From NCBI GenBank assembly GCA_041584475.1, contig JBFHDX010000007.1:248-64247 (forward strand): a stretch of DNA of 64,000 nucleotides, in the 5' to 3' direction. Both the position numbers and the translations under genes were made by a program. This DNA is from Alphaproteobacteria bacterium (lineage in GTDB: Bacteria; Pseudomonadota; Alphaproteobacteria; UBA8366; JADFVY01). Under the pieces are notes generated by a model. The model searched no databases. It saw only the letters and a list, made by a program, of their open reading frames with translations, and was not told the origin of the DNA. Positions 27,839-37,668 of this stretch are shown here, one piece after another (the first letter of the stretch is position 1; every line of letters starts with the position of its first letter).

Positions 27839-29983
27839 ATGACAACAAGAACGAGCAAGACCGTGGAGACGACACTGCAGGACAGCACACGGCGCGCGCG
27901 CCTCAGCTGGTCGCTGATGCTGTTCGCCGGGTTGCTGATCGGCGTCCTGCTTGTCGTCGGCGTCACCATCGGAGGCGGCCTCAATTCGATCCACAAGAGG
28001 GCAGAAGATACCACGCGAGCCACGATTCCCGAGTCGGTTGAACAAAACCGTCATGCCTTGATCGCCGAGCAAATCGCCCACTACGCCGAACAGGTGCGGT
28101 TCGGCCGCGAGGCGACGTCCCGCGAGAGAGCGTTCAAATCGGTCTCCGCCTTGAGCGATGAGCTGGCTGCCGGCGTGAACCCCATGCTTCGGCCCGACGT
28201 GGAGCGGGCGGCGGAACTGATCCGCGAGGCCTTCGAGGCGGCCCAGACCGCACATTCGGCGAACAGCCGAATCGCCAGCAAGCTCGTTGATGCGGAGAAT
28301 CTGATCGGTGAAATCGACGACGGTCTGTCGGCGATCATGGACGACAGCGCCTATCGTGCGCTGGAGTTGGTCGAGGAGACCGACGAACTGCTGGACGCCG
28401 CCCAGTCCGGAAGCGCGATTTCAAGCGTCCGGAGGGTGTTCGGCGGCGTTCGGGAAACAATTGGCTTCAACACGGCAAGCCAGCAGCTGCTCGTCGCGCT
28501 GCGCGCCTTGCGCAACATCCTCCTCCAGGTGCGCACACTCGACAGCCGAACGGCGCTGGATGCCGCCGAAAGCAGGTTTGGGGCGCTCTACAAACGCCTT
28601 GATGTCCTTGTCGAGAACCTGCCCCGGGCCGGCACGGCCGCCAGCGATTTCGAGTATCTGCCGGAACAGGTGGAGCAGTTTGCGAGTTTCAATGACATCT
28701 TTGAGATGCGCAGAACGGCGATCGAGTCGCACACTGCGGCCAACGTGCAGGTCGAGGCGGCCTTGGAGATCCTTGCGAATCTGCGGGAAAATCTCTCGGC
28801 CGACGCCGCGGACAAGGCGATTTCCAGCGTCGGCGAGATTGCCGCGGACGCGGAGCGGATCATGACCATCAGCATCGCGCTGATGTCGGTTCTCGGGCTC
28901 GTCACGGTCCTCGCGGTTGTCCGCGTGCGCCAGGAGGCGCTGCTCCCATTGTCCGTCGCGAGCCGCGCGCTCGACGGGCTCAGGCGCGGCGATTTCGACG
29001 TCGACATTCCGCGATCCCGTTTCGAGGAGTTTGCCTCGATACGCGAATCGCTGCACAGCTTCCGCAATGCGCTCGCCGATCGCGAGCGGCTGGAGAAGGA
29101 GCAGGCGGCCCGCAAGCAGGAGGCAGAGGAGGAGAAGCGCCGCATCATGCTCGAGCTCGCCAACGGGCTCGAGGGCAGCGTCCAGGCGGTGGCGTCGGGC
29201 GTTTCCGCCGCCGCCGTCCAGATGGAGACCGCGGCGTCGCGGATGTCGACGACCGCGGACCAGACGCGCAGCCAGGCGGCCACGGCCGCATCCGCCTCGA
29301 CCGAGGCGAGCGCCAGCGTCGAGGGCGTGGCGACGGCGGCCGAGGAGCTGTCGAACTCGATCGAGGAGATCCTGCGTCAGGTCGACCGCTCGACGCAGAT
29401 CGCCAACCGCGCGGCGGGCGAGGCCGAGCGCACCAACAGTGCGGTCGACGGGCTGGTCGACGCGGCGCGCGAGATCGGCGAGGTCGTCGAGCTGATCTCC
29501 GAGATCGCCGGCAAGACCAACCTGCTGGCACTGAACGCGACCATCGAGGCGGCGCGCGCCGGCGAGGCGGGCAAGGGCTTCGCCGTCGTCGCCAACGAGG
29601 TCAAGACGCTCGCCAGCCAGACGGCCAAGGCGACCGATCAGATCGGCAAGCGCATCGAGGCGATGCGCGGCGTCACCGGCGAGGCGGCCGACGCGATCCG
29701 CAAGATCGCCGACACCATCGTCGAGATGAACGAGATCTCGACGACGGTCGCGTCCGCCATGGAGGAGCAGGGCGCAGCGACCAAGGAGATCGCCCGCAAC
29801 GCGATGGCGGTGACGGGCAGCGCGAAATCCTCGAACGAGAGCATCGGGCTTGTCGCGAGCGCCGCCGACGATGCCGGCGCGGCGGCCGGGCAGGTGCTGG
29901 GCGCGGCCGGCGACCTGAGCAAGCAGTCGCGCGAGCTCAAGGAGGCGGTCGAGGGCTTCCTCTCCCGCATCCGCGCCGCCTGA
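27839..29983 (+). CDS. methyl-accepting chemotaxis protein with a ~310-aa helical periplasmic domain
   Basis: 714 aa with two TM segments, a HAMP domain (LDGLRRGDFDVDI) and the conserved signalling hairpin ([38 protein letters not shown]). Confidence 0.9.
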   Translation: MTTRTSKTVETTLQDSTRRARLSWSLMLFAGLLIGVLLVVGVTIGGGLNSIHKRAEDTTRATIPESVEQNRHALIAEQIAHYAEQVRFGREATSRERAFKSVSALSDELAAGVNPMLRPDVERAAELIREAFEAAQTAHSANSRIASKLVDAENLIGEIDDGLSAIMDDSAYRALELVEETDELLDAAQSGSAISSVRRVFGGVRETIGFNTASQQLLVALRALRNILLQVRTLDSRTALDAAESRFGALYKRLDVLVENLPRAGTAASDFEYLPEQVEQFASFNDIFEMRRTAIESHTAANVQVEAALEILANLRENLSADAADKAISSVGEIAADAERIMTISIALMSVLGLVTVLAVVRVRQEALLPLSVASRALDGLRRGDFDVDIPRSRFEEFASIRESLHSFRNALADRERLEKEQAARKQEAEEEKRRIMLELANGLEGSVQAVASGVSAAAVQMETAASRMSTTADQTRSQAATAASASTEASASVEGVATAAEELSNSIEEILRQVDRSTQIANRAAGEAERTNSAVDGLVDAAREIGEVVELISEIAGKTNLLALNATIEAARAGEAGKGFAVVANEVKTLASQTAKATDQIGKRIEAMRGVTGEAADAIRKIADTIVEMNEISTTVASAMEEQGAATKEIARNAMAVTGSAKSSNESIGLVASAADDAGAAAGQVLGAAGDLSKQSRELKEAVEGFLSRIRAA

Positions 29984-30002
29984 AGTTTTACGTGCCGACG
30001 AG

Positions 30003-30034
30003 AAGGGCCGGCCCGCGCCGCGCGGCCGGCCCTT
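30003..30034 (+). terminator. GC-rich hairpin downstream of the MCP gene (possible terminator, no U-tract)
   Basis: An 11-bp stem, AAGGGCCGGCC / GGCCGGCCCTT. Confidence 0.4.
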
Positions 30035-30099
30035 GGCGTGACCGGGCGCCTGCCCTATACCGGTAGTCGGCTGCCAGGCGACGGCCCGGGAGACATCGG

Positions 30100-32424
30100 A
30101 TGAGCAACGGCACGGCCCGCGATCTGCGCGGTTCGGCGACCCACTGGGGCGCGTTCGACGCGGACGTCCGCGACGGGCGCGTCGTCGGCATCGTGCCTTC
30201 GGCGACCGACCCCGATCCGTCGCCGATCCTGCGCTCGATTCCCGACGCCCTCTATCACGAAAGCCGCATCGACCGGCCGTACGTCCGCGCCGGCTTTCTC
30301 GAGAAGGGCGCCGCAGGCGGCGGTGCCGGCCGCGGCGCCGAGCCTTTCGTGCCGGTCGACTGGGAGACGGCGCTCAACCTCGCGGCGTCGGAGCTGGCCC
30401 GCGTGCGCGACGCTTACGGCAACGAGGCGATCTTCGGCGGCTCCTACGGCTGGGCCAGCGCCGGCCGGCTGCACCATGCGCGCACGCTGCTGCATCGCTT
30501 CCTCAACGCCGCCGGCGGGTTTACCGGTCAGGTGACGAACTACTCCTACGCCGCGGGCATGATCGTCATGCCGCACGTCGTCGGCACGGTGCAGCCCGTC
30601 AGCGGGCCGGGGACGAGCTGGCCGAGCATCGTCGGGGCGACACGCCTGATGGTGATGTTCGGCGGCGTGCCGTTGAAAAACACGCAGATGGATTCCGGTG
30701 GCACCGGCGAGCATACGGCCGCGGCATGGCTCAAACGTGCCCGCGAGGCCGGCGTCCGCTTCGTCTCGATCAGCCCGATCCGCGGCGATGCGGCGGAATT
30801 TCTCGATGCCGAATGGCTGGCGCCGAGGCCCGGCAGCGACACCGCGGTCATGCTGGGGCTCGCGCACACGCTGGTCACCGAGGACCTGTACGACCGCGCG
30901 TTCCTCGAACGCTACACGGTGGGATTCGAGCGCTTCCTGCCCTATCTGCTGGGCGAATCCGACGGCTGCCCGAAGGACGCGGACTGGGCGGCCGGCCTCT
31001 CCGGACTGCCGGCGCAGGCGATCCGCGAGCTCGCCCGCCGCATGGCGGCGACGCGCACCTTCATCACCGCAAGCTGGTCGCTGCAGCGCGCCGACCACGG
31101 CGAGCAGCCCTACTGGATGACCGTCGTGCTGGCGGCGCTGCTCGGGCAGATCGGCTTGCCCGGCGGCGGTTTCGGCTTCGGCTACGGCGCCGTCAACGGC
31201 ATGGGCAATCCGCGGCGCAACGCGCCGGTCCCGCGCATGCCGAAGGGGCGAAAGCCGGCCGGCATCGATATTCCCGTGGCGCGCATCGCCGACATGCTGC
31301 TGCAGCCCGGGACGACGATCGATTTCGACGGGCGCCGGCTGACCTACCCCGAGATCCGGCTCGTCTACTGGGCGGGTGGCAATCCGTTCCACCATCATCA
31401 GGACATCAACCGCCTGCTCGCGGCGTGGCGCCGCCCGGAGACGATCATCGTGCACGAGCCGTGGTGGACCGCGACCGCGCGCCATGCCGATATCGTCCTG
31501 CCGGCGACGACGCCGCTCGAGCGCAACGATATCGCCGCATCCTCGCTGGACCGTTTCGTGATCGCCATGCGCCGCGCGGTCGATCCCGTCGCCGACGCGC
31601 GCGACGACTTCCGGATCTTCGCCGACCTCGCGGACCGGCTCGGCTTCGGCGACGACTTCAGCGAGGGGCGCGACGAGATGGGCTGGCTGCGGCACAACTA
31701 CGACGTGGCGCGGCAGCAGGCGGCCCATCACGAGCTGGAGATGCCCGATTTCGATACCTTCTGGGAGGCCGGCAGGATCGAGTTCCCGGCGCCCGAGCGG
31801 CCCTACGTGCTGTTCGGGAAGTTCCGGAGCGACCCGGAAGGCGCGCCGCTGCGCACGCCGTCCGGGCGCATCGAGATCTTCTCGGAGACGGTCGACTCCT
31901 TTGGCTACGACGAATGCCCGGGGCACCCGGTCTGGCGCGAACCGTTCGAGTGGCTCGGCGCCCCGGAGGCGCGCGCGTTCCCGCTGCACCTGATCTCCAA
32001 CCAGCCGGCCGCCCGCCTGCACGGCCAGATGGACAACGGCAGCGTCAGCCGCGAGAGCAAGATCCGCGGCCGCGAGCCGGTGCGGATCCACCCGGCCGAC
32101 GCCGCCGCGCGCGGCATCGGCGACGGCGACGTCGTGCGCGTCTTCAATCGCCGCGGCGCCTGCCTCGCGGGGGCCGTGGTCAGCGACGCGGTCCGGCCCG
32201 GCGTCGTGGCGATGCAGACCGGCGCCTGGTACGACCCGCTCGAGGCGGGGCGCGCCGGCACGCTCGACCGGCACGGCAATCCCAACGTGCTGACGCGCGA
32301 TGCGGCGACCTCGCGGCTCGGCCAGGGGCCGGTGGCGCAGAGCGCCCTCGTCGAGATCGAGCGCTGGCAGGGCGCGCTGCCGGAGATCACCGCGCACCGC
32401 CGTCCGGCGATCAAGGATTCGTGA
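30100..32424 (+). CDS. molybdopterin-dependent S-/N-oxide reductase (BisC/TorZ-type, cytoplasmic)
   Basis: 774 aa. The N-terminus THWGAFDADVRDGRVVGI has no Tat signal. The DMSO-reductase-family body (WSLQRADHGEQPYW, NPFHHHQD) is present. Confidence 0.9.
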   Translation: MSNGTARDLRGSATHWGAFDADVRDGRVVGIVPSATDPDPSPILRSIPDALYHESRIDRPYVRAGFLEKGAAGGGAGRGAEPFVPVDWETALNLAASELARVRDAYGNEAIFGGSYGWASAGRLHHARTLLHRFLNAAGGFTGQVTNYSYAAGMIVMPHVVGTVQPVSGPGTSWPSIVGATRLMVMFGGVPLKNTQMDSGGTGEHTAAAWLKRAREAGVRFVSISPIRGDAAEFLDAEWLAPRPGSDTAVMLGLAHTLVTEDLYDRAFLERYTVGFERFLPYLLGESDGCPKDADWAAGLSGLPAQAIRELARRMAATRTFITASWSLQRADHGEQPYWMTVVLAALLGQIGLPGGGFGFGYGAVNGMGNPRRNAPVPRMPKGRKPAGIDIPVARIADMLLQPGTTIDFDGRRLTYPEIRLVYWAGGNPFHHHQDINRLLAAWRRPETIIVHEPWWTATARHADIVLPATTPLERNDIAASSLDRFVIAMRRAVDPVADARDDFRIFADLADRLGFGDDFSEGRDEMGWLRHNYDVARQQAAHHELEMPDFDTFWEAGRIEFPAPERPYVLFGKFRSDPEGAPLRTPSGRIEIFSETVDSFGYDECPGHPVWREPFEWLGAPEARAFPLHLISNQPAARLHGQMDNGSVSRESKIRGREPVRIHPADAAARGIGDGDVVRVFNRRGACLAGAVVSDAVRPGVVAMQTGAWYDPLEAGRAGTLDRHGNPNVLTRDAATSRLGQGPVAQSALVEIERWQGALPEITAHRRPAIKDS

Positions 32425-32477
32425 GTCACGCAGCCGTGACTTGCCGGAACCGGCGTTTTCTCCGGACACTGCGGGGC

Positions 32478-33464
32478 ATGAGACGGCTGTCATGCATTTC
32501 GGCGGTCCTGGCGCTGGCGATCGCGGCGTCCGGGCCGGGCTGGGCGCTGTCGGACTATCGCCGCGCGGCGTGGCCCAACACCGATTTCGACAAGGCGTCG
32601 GTGCCGCTCGACGAGATCATCTCGGGGGGGCCGCCGCGCGACGGCATCCCGCCGATCGACGATCCGCGCTTCGTGCCTGTCGCGGAAGCGGCGGACCTGG
32701 CGGATGTCGAGCCGGTCATCGGCGTGACGCTGGGCGGCGTCGCCAAGGCCTATCCGCTGCGCATCCTGATCTGGCACGAGATCGTCAACGACAGCGTCGG
32801 CGACGTTCCCGTCGCCGTGACCTTCTGCCCGCTGTGCAACGCGGCGGTCGTGTTCGATCGCCGCGTCGGTCCGCGCGTGTTCGATTTCGGGACGACGGGG
32901 ATGCTGCGCAATTCGGACCTCGTGATGTACGACCGCCAGACCGAGAGCTGGTGGCAGCAGTTCCTCGGCCGCGCGATCGTCGGCGAAATGCTGGGAACCG
33001 AGCTTGCGATCCTGCCGTCGCGGCTCGAATCCTGGGCACGGTTCAAGGAACGCGCGCCGGACGGGCTCGTCCTCGTGCCCAACGCGCCGCACATGCGGGC
33101 CTACGGGCGCAATCCCTACGCCGGCTACGACAGCTTGGTGCAGCCGTTCCTCTATCGCGGCGACCTGCCCGAGGGCATCGCCCCGCTGGCGCGCGTCGTC
33201 TCGCTCGAGGATCGCTCGCAGGCCTGGAGCCTCGACCTGCTGCGCCAGGAGCGCGAGGTGGCGCTGCCCGACGGCACCGTCATCACGTGGGAGCCCGGCC
33301 AGGCGTCGGCGCTGGGCAGCGGCTGGATCCCCGACGGTGCCGACGTCGGCAACATCGTGGTGCGTCGGCCGGCCGACGGCGGCTGGCAGGACGTCCCGTA
33401 TTTCGTCGATTTCGCGTTCGCGTTCTATGCCTTCCACCCGGAGGCGCCGATCCACCTGCCCTAG
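32478..33464 (+). CDS. DUF3179 domain protein (secreted)
   Basis: This is the tail of the artefactual 912-aa ORF. The ATG at 32478 is followed by a signal peptide, then GGPPRDGIPPIDDPRF and FCPLCN motifs. Confidence 0.8.
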   Translation: MRRLSCISAVLALAIAASGPGWALSDYRRAAWPNTDFDKASVPLDEIISGGPPRDGIPPIDDPRFVPVAEAADLADVEPVIGVTLGGVAKAYPLRILIWHEIVNDSVGDVPVAVTFCPLCNAAVVFDRRVGPRVFDFGTTGMLRNSDLVMYDRQTESWWQQFLGRAIVGEMLGTELAILPSRLESWARFKERAPDGLVLVPNAPHMRAYGRNPYAGYDSLVQPFLYRGDLPEGIAPLARVVSLEDRSQAWSLDLLRQEREVALPDGTVITWEPGQASALGSGWIPDGADVGNIVVRRPADGGWQDVPYFVDFAFAFYAFHPEAPIHLP

Positions 33465-33534
33465 TACGTCATCCGCTTAAGTGGAACCGGCAGCGGGCAG
33501 GAGCGAACCAATCGGGTAATGCCCTGGGCGGCGT
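33461..33534 (+). repeat. dispersed intergenic repeat, copy D (5' + 3' modules, hairpin deleted)
   Basis: CTAGTACGTCATCCGCTTAAGTGGAACCGG...GGAGCGAACCAATCGGGTAATGCCCTGGGCGGCG. Its TAG (33462-33464) is the DUF3179 stop codon. Confidence 0.8.
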
Positions 33535-33627
33535 GCCCGCCGGGCCGGGGACGAATAAAGGGGGACGATCGCTCGTCCCCCTTCGCCACACTATCAACCC
33601 GGCGTCCGCCGGTCGCAAAATACGCGC

Positions 33628-33933
33628 TCAGAAAACCTTCTGGTTCGCCGGCTTCCGGTCCGGGATCGATTCCCAGTTCTCGCCGGCGGCGATCAAGCAG
33701 CTCATGCCGTTGGGCTGGGTCATGAGGAGCGTCCAGCTCCCCTTCTGAGAAGTATAGAGCTCGACCACGCCGCCGTTTCCGGCGAGGCCCAGCGCCGATA
33801 CCTTCTCATTGTATCCCGATTCGAGGCGCGACACGATTTCGTTGCGATCGCCGCAGACGGCCTGCGCGTTCGCCGGCGTGGCGAAAAGCGGCGCCGTCAT
33901 CGCACACATCAAGACAACTATCGAACGCTTCAT
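33628..33933 (-). CDS. small secreted two-cysteine protein (paralog of 47317..47664)
   Basis: 101 aa with a signal peptide ending ANAQA. It shares C..(E/K)I..L...(Y/F).E...GL...G...(L/V)(Y/F).S..G..WT....P.G.SC(L/V)(I/L)A.GE.W with the second copy. Confidence 0.6.
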   Translation of the reverse strand: MKRSIVVLMCAMTAPLFATPANAQAVCGDRNEIVSRLESGYNEKVSALGLAGNGGVVELYTSQKGSWTLLMTQPNGMSCLIAAGENWESIPDRKPANQKVF

Positions 33934-34191
33934 ATCCAGTTCCTTTCCGGGACCACACCGAAATCCCGTCTAACCGTCTCCCCTTTCCCGGCCCGGGCAA
34001 GGGTCGGGCCCGCAGCTGCGTTCGATCCCCAACTCGTCTTCTCGCTTTCGACTTTACAGGAAGAGTTCTAATGAACCTTTAACCAAAGCCGATTTTTATT
34101 TCGAATGCCGACGGCAATATCTGCTGTCTAGAGGCAAATCCCTAAGATTTTATTAAACTGTTTTTTTCACAATTTGCCCGTTCGCGCGCGC

Positions 34192-34265
34192 AAAAAAAGC
34201 GGAGGCCATACGACCCCCGCCTGACTCGCTGAACGCAGCGACGACCGGCGGCGGCCGGTCGTCGC
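34192..34265 (-). terminator. tandem hairpins / rho-independent terminator after pntB
   Basis: On the minus strand, an 11-bp stem (GCGACGACCGG / CCGGTCGTCGC) is followed by GCGGGGG-loop-CCTCCGC and T7. Confidence 0.7.
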
Positions 34266-34277
34266 ATGCCCCGAATG

Positions 34278-35666
34278 TTATTCGAACACCTTGATCACGT
34301 CCTCGCACATCTGCTTGGCGTCGCCGAACAGCATCATCGTGTTGTCGCGATAGAACAGCGGGTTGTCCACGCCGGCGTAGCCCGAGGCGAGCGAGCGTTT
34401 GACGAACAGCACGGTACCGGAGCGTTCGACGTCGAGGATCGGCATGCCGTATATGGGGCTCGACGGATCGGTCTTCGCCGACGGGTTGGTGACGTCGTTG
34501 GCGCCGATGACGAAGGAAACGTCGGTCGACGGGAAATCACGGTTGATCTCTTCGAGCTCGAACACCTCGTCGTAGGGGACGTTCGCTTCGGCCAACAGGA
34601 CGTTCATGTGGCCCGGCATGCGCCCGGCCACGGGATGGATAGCATAGCTGACCTTGACGCCGCGTTTCTTGAGCAGGTCCGCCATCTCGCGCAGCGCGTG
34701 CTGCGCCTGGGCGACGGCCATACCGTAGCCCGGCACGATGATCACGCTGGCGGCGTTCTCCATGATGAAGGCGGCGTCGGCGGCGCTGCCGGATTTCACC
34801 GTGCGATCGCCGAGGTCCATCGCCGCGGCGTCGACCTCGCCGCCGAAGCCGCCGAGGATGACGCTGAAGAACGAGCGGTTCATGCCCTTGCACATGATGT
34901 AGCTGAGGATGGCGCCCGACGAGCCGACCAGCGCCCCGGTGATGATCAGCGCGAAATTGCTCAGCGTGAATCCGATGCCGCAGGCCGCCCAGCCGGAATA
35001 GCTGTTCAGCATCGAGATCACCACGGGCATGTCGGCGCCGCCGATCGGGACGATCAGCAGGACGCCCAGCAGCAACGAGACGAGAACGATCAGCACGAAG
35101 GCGACGCCGAGCTGCCCCATCGTGAACCACACGATGAGCGCGACCAGCAGGATGCCGAGCGCAAGATTCAGCAGATGCTGACCCGTAAACACCAGCGGCT
35201 TGCCGGAAATCAGGGCCTGCAGCTTGCCGAAAGCGATGACCGAGCCGGTAAAGGTGATGGCGCCGATGGCCGTGCCGAGGCTCATCTCGATCAGGCTGCC
35301 GGCCGCGATGTTGCCGGGCGTGCCGAGCCCGTAGGCCGCGGGCGACAGGAACGCGGCGCCGGCCACCAGCACGGCGGCGAGGCCGACGAGGCTGTGGAAG
35401 GCCGCGACCAGCTGGGGCAGCGCCGTCATCTGGATCCTGAGCGCGATCACCGTGCCGGCCGCCCCGCCGAGCACGACCGCGATGATGATCCAGGTGTAGC
35501 TCAGCACCTCGGGCGAGGCGAGCGTCGTGGCGACCGCGATCACCATGCCGACGATGCCGTAGATGTTGCCCTGTCGTGCCGTGGTCGGCGACGACAGGCC
35601 CCGCAGCGCCATGATGAACAGGATGCTGGCGATCAGATAGGCGAAGGCGGAAGCGTTTGCGCTCAT
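34278..35666 (-). CDS. pntB: NAD(P) transhydrogenase subunit beta
   Basis: 462 aa with a membrane N-terminal half and the dIII NADP(H) domain (GYGMAVAQAQH, HPVAGRMPGHMNVLLAEA). Confidence 0.95.
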   Translation of the reverse strand: MSANASAFAYLIASILFIMALRGLSSPTTARQGNIYGIVGMVIAVATTLASPEVLSYTWIIIAVVLGGAAGTVIALRIQMTALPQLVAAFHSLVGLAAVLVAGAAFLSPAAYGLGTPGNIAAGSLIEMSLGTAIGAITFTGSVIAFGKLQALISGKPLVFTGQHLLNLALGILLVALIVWFTMGQLGVAFVLIVLVSLLLGVLLIVPIGGADMPVVISMLNSYSGWAACGIGFTLSNFALIITGALVGSSGAILSYIMCKGMNRSFFSVILGGFGGEVDAAAMDLGDRTVKSGSAADAAFIMENAASVIIVPGYGMAVAQAQHALREMADLLKKRGVKVSYAIHPVAGRMPGHMNVLLAEANVPYDEVFELEEINRDFPSTDVSFVIGANDVTNPSAKTDPSSPIYGMPILDVERSGTVLFVKRSLASGYAGVDNPLFYRDNTMMLFGDAKQMCEDVIKVFE

Positions 35667-35684
35667 GACTCGGCCATCCTCTCG

Positions 35685-36152
35685 CTACTTCTTCTTCTTG
35701 AACATCTGCAGCATGCGCTGCGTGACGATGAAGCCGCCGAAGATGTTGACCGATGCCAGCAACACCGCAATCACGCCGAGCACCTTGCTGAAGTGCATCT
35801 CGAGCGGCCCCGCCGCGATCAACGCCCCGACGATGATTACCGACGAGATCGCGTTGGTGACGCTCATGAGCGGCGAGTGCAACGCCGGGGTGACGTTCCA
35901 CACGACGTAGTAGCCGACGAACACGGCGAGCACGAAGATCGTGAAGAAGAATACGAAGATCCCGCCGTACTCCGCCGCTATCGCGGTCCCTGCCGTCCCC
36001 GCCGCCTGCGACGCGAGGACATAGGCCTGGCCCGTTACCGCGTCAGCGCCGTCGGCCAGACGGTTGGCGCCGACGGTGAATCCATCGCCGATCAGCCCGG
36101 CAGCATCGGCCGCCAGCCGCTCCAGCATCGTCTTGATCGTTTCGTACGCCAT
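35685..36152 (-). CDS. pntA: NAD(P) transhydrogenase subunit alpha part 2 (membrane)
   Basis: 155 aa. The C-terminal ~100 aa match PntAB ([28 protein letters not shown]...[11 protein letters not shown]). Confidence 0.9.
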   Translation of the reverse strand: MAYETIKTMLERLAADAAGLIGDGFTVGANRLADGADAVTGQAYVLASQAAGTAGTAIAAEYGGIFVFFFTIFVLAVFVGYYVVWNVTPALHSPLMSVTNAISSVIIVGALIAAGPLEMHFSKVLGVIAVLLASVNIFGGFIVTQRMLQMFKKKK

Positions 36153-36158
36153 GGCGGA

Positions 36159-37430
36159 TCAGTCTCCCTTGGCCTTGCTCTTGGCGGCGCTGCTGCTCTT
36201 CTTCTTCGGCGCCTTGCCTTTCGAGGATTTTGACGGCGGCGACTTCTTCGCCGCGGCTTTCGGTTTCGGCTTCGCGGCGGCCGCCGCCGCGGGAACCGAC
36301 TCGTGGACGATCCTGCCGTCCCTGCACACGAGGGTGCCCTTTACGATCTCGTCCTCGGTGTCGATCTTCAGCGCCTTGGCCTCCTGATCGACCAGCAACC
36401 CCATGAAGCTCAGCACGTTGCGGGCGAACAGGTTGCTCGCGCTCTCGGCCAGCCGGCCGGGGACATTGGCGTGGCCGACGATGGTGACACCGTGCTTCGT
36501 GACCACCTTGTCGAATTCCGACAATTCGCAGTTGCCCCCCTGTTCGACGGCCAGGTCGACGATGACCGAACCGGGCTTCATGGTCTTGACCATCTCGGCG
36601 GAGACGAGCTTAGGCGCGGGCCGACCCGGGATCAGCGCGGTGGTGATGACCAGATCCTGTCTCTTGATCGTCTCGGCGATCAGCTCTGCCTGTTTCTTCT
36701 TGTAGGCATCGCTCATCTCCTTGGCATAGCCGCCTGCGGTCTCGGCCTGTTTGAATTCCTCGTCTTCGACCGCGACGAAGGTTCCGCCGAGGCTCTCGAC
36801 CTGCTCCTTGGCGGCCGGGCGCACGTCGGTCGCCGAGACCACGGCGCCGAGCCGCCGCGCCGTGGCGATTGCCTGCAGACCCGCGACTCCGGCCCCCATC
36901 ACGAGTGCGCGCGCCGGTGGAATGGTGCCGGCCGCGGTCATCATCATCGGAAATGCACGACCGAACACCGCCGCGCCGTCGAGCACCGCACGATAGCCCG
37001 CAAGATTTGACTGCGACGACAGCACGTCCATCGACTGGGCGCGAGTGATGCGCGGCATCAGTTCGAGCGCGAAGCCGGCAACGCCCGTCGCCGCCAACCG
37101 GGCGGCGTAGGCGGGATCGCTCAGCGCGTTCATGATGCTTATCAGCGCTTGGCCGCGCGCCAGCAACGCGCATTCGTCCGTGCCCTCGTCCGCCGTCATC
37201 GGTCGCTGAACCTTGAGGATGACGTCGGCGCCGGAGACCGCGGCCTTGGCATCCTTGGCGATCGTCGCGCCAGCCTTCTTGTACGCCTCGTCGGCAAACG
37301 ACGATCCGTCGCCCGCGCCGCTCTCGATCACCACCGCGAGACCCATGCCGACAAGCTTCGAGACGGACTCCGGTGATGCCGCGACACGCGTCTCGTGCGG
37401 GCGTCTCTCCTTCAGTACGGCGATCTTCAT
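36159..37430 (-). CDS. pntA: NAD(P) transhydrogenase subunit alpha part 1 (dI) with a Lys/Ala/Pro/Ser-rich C-terminal tail
   Basis: This is ORF 36159..37481. The start is at MKIAVLKERRPHETRVAASPESV (37430). It has the Rossmann motif (MGAGVAGLQAI) and ends in AAAAAKPKPKAAAKKSPPSKSSKGKAPKKKSSSAAKSKAKGD. Confidence 0.9.
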   Translation of the reverse strand: MKIAVLKERRPHETRVAASPESVSKLVGMGLAVVIESGAGDGSSFADEAYKKAGATIAKDAKAAVSGADVILKVQRPMTADEGTDECALLARGQALISIMNALSDPAYAARLAATGVAGFALELMPRITRAQSMDVLSSQSNLAGYRAVLDGAAVFGRAFPMMMTAAGTIPPARALVMGAGVAGLQAIATARRLGAVVSATDVRPAAKEQVESLGGTFVAVEDEEFKQAETAGGYAKEMSDAYKKKQAELIAETIKRQDLVITTALIPGRPAPKLVSAEMVKTMKPGSVIVDLAVEQGGNCELSEFDKVVTKHGVTIVGHANVPGRLAESASNLFARNVLSFMGLLVDQEAKALKIDTEDEIVKGTLVCRDGRIVHESVPAAAAAAKPKPKAAAKKSPPSKSSKGKAPKKKSSSAAKSKAKGD

Positions 37431-37668
37431 GAAACGATATCCCGATTGCCTGCTCTGCCCAATGCCGGGCCAAACGCCCACGGGATCGCACCCGATGGGG
37501 CGTCGGGCCTGCGTAACGTCTTCCGGGTTGTCCCCTCCGGCGGCGGGCCTTATTGCCTGGCCCGAAGCCGCCCCAATATACAGACCGGCCGCGCGGGAGC
37601 AAGCGGTAATACCCGCAAATTTCGTATGGGGATGAAATGTCGCAGAAACGTTCCGGATTCTGCGCCGT

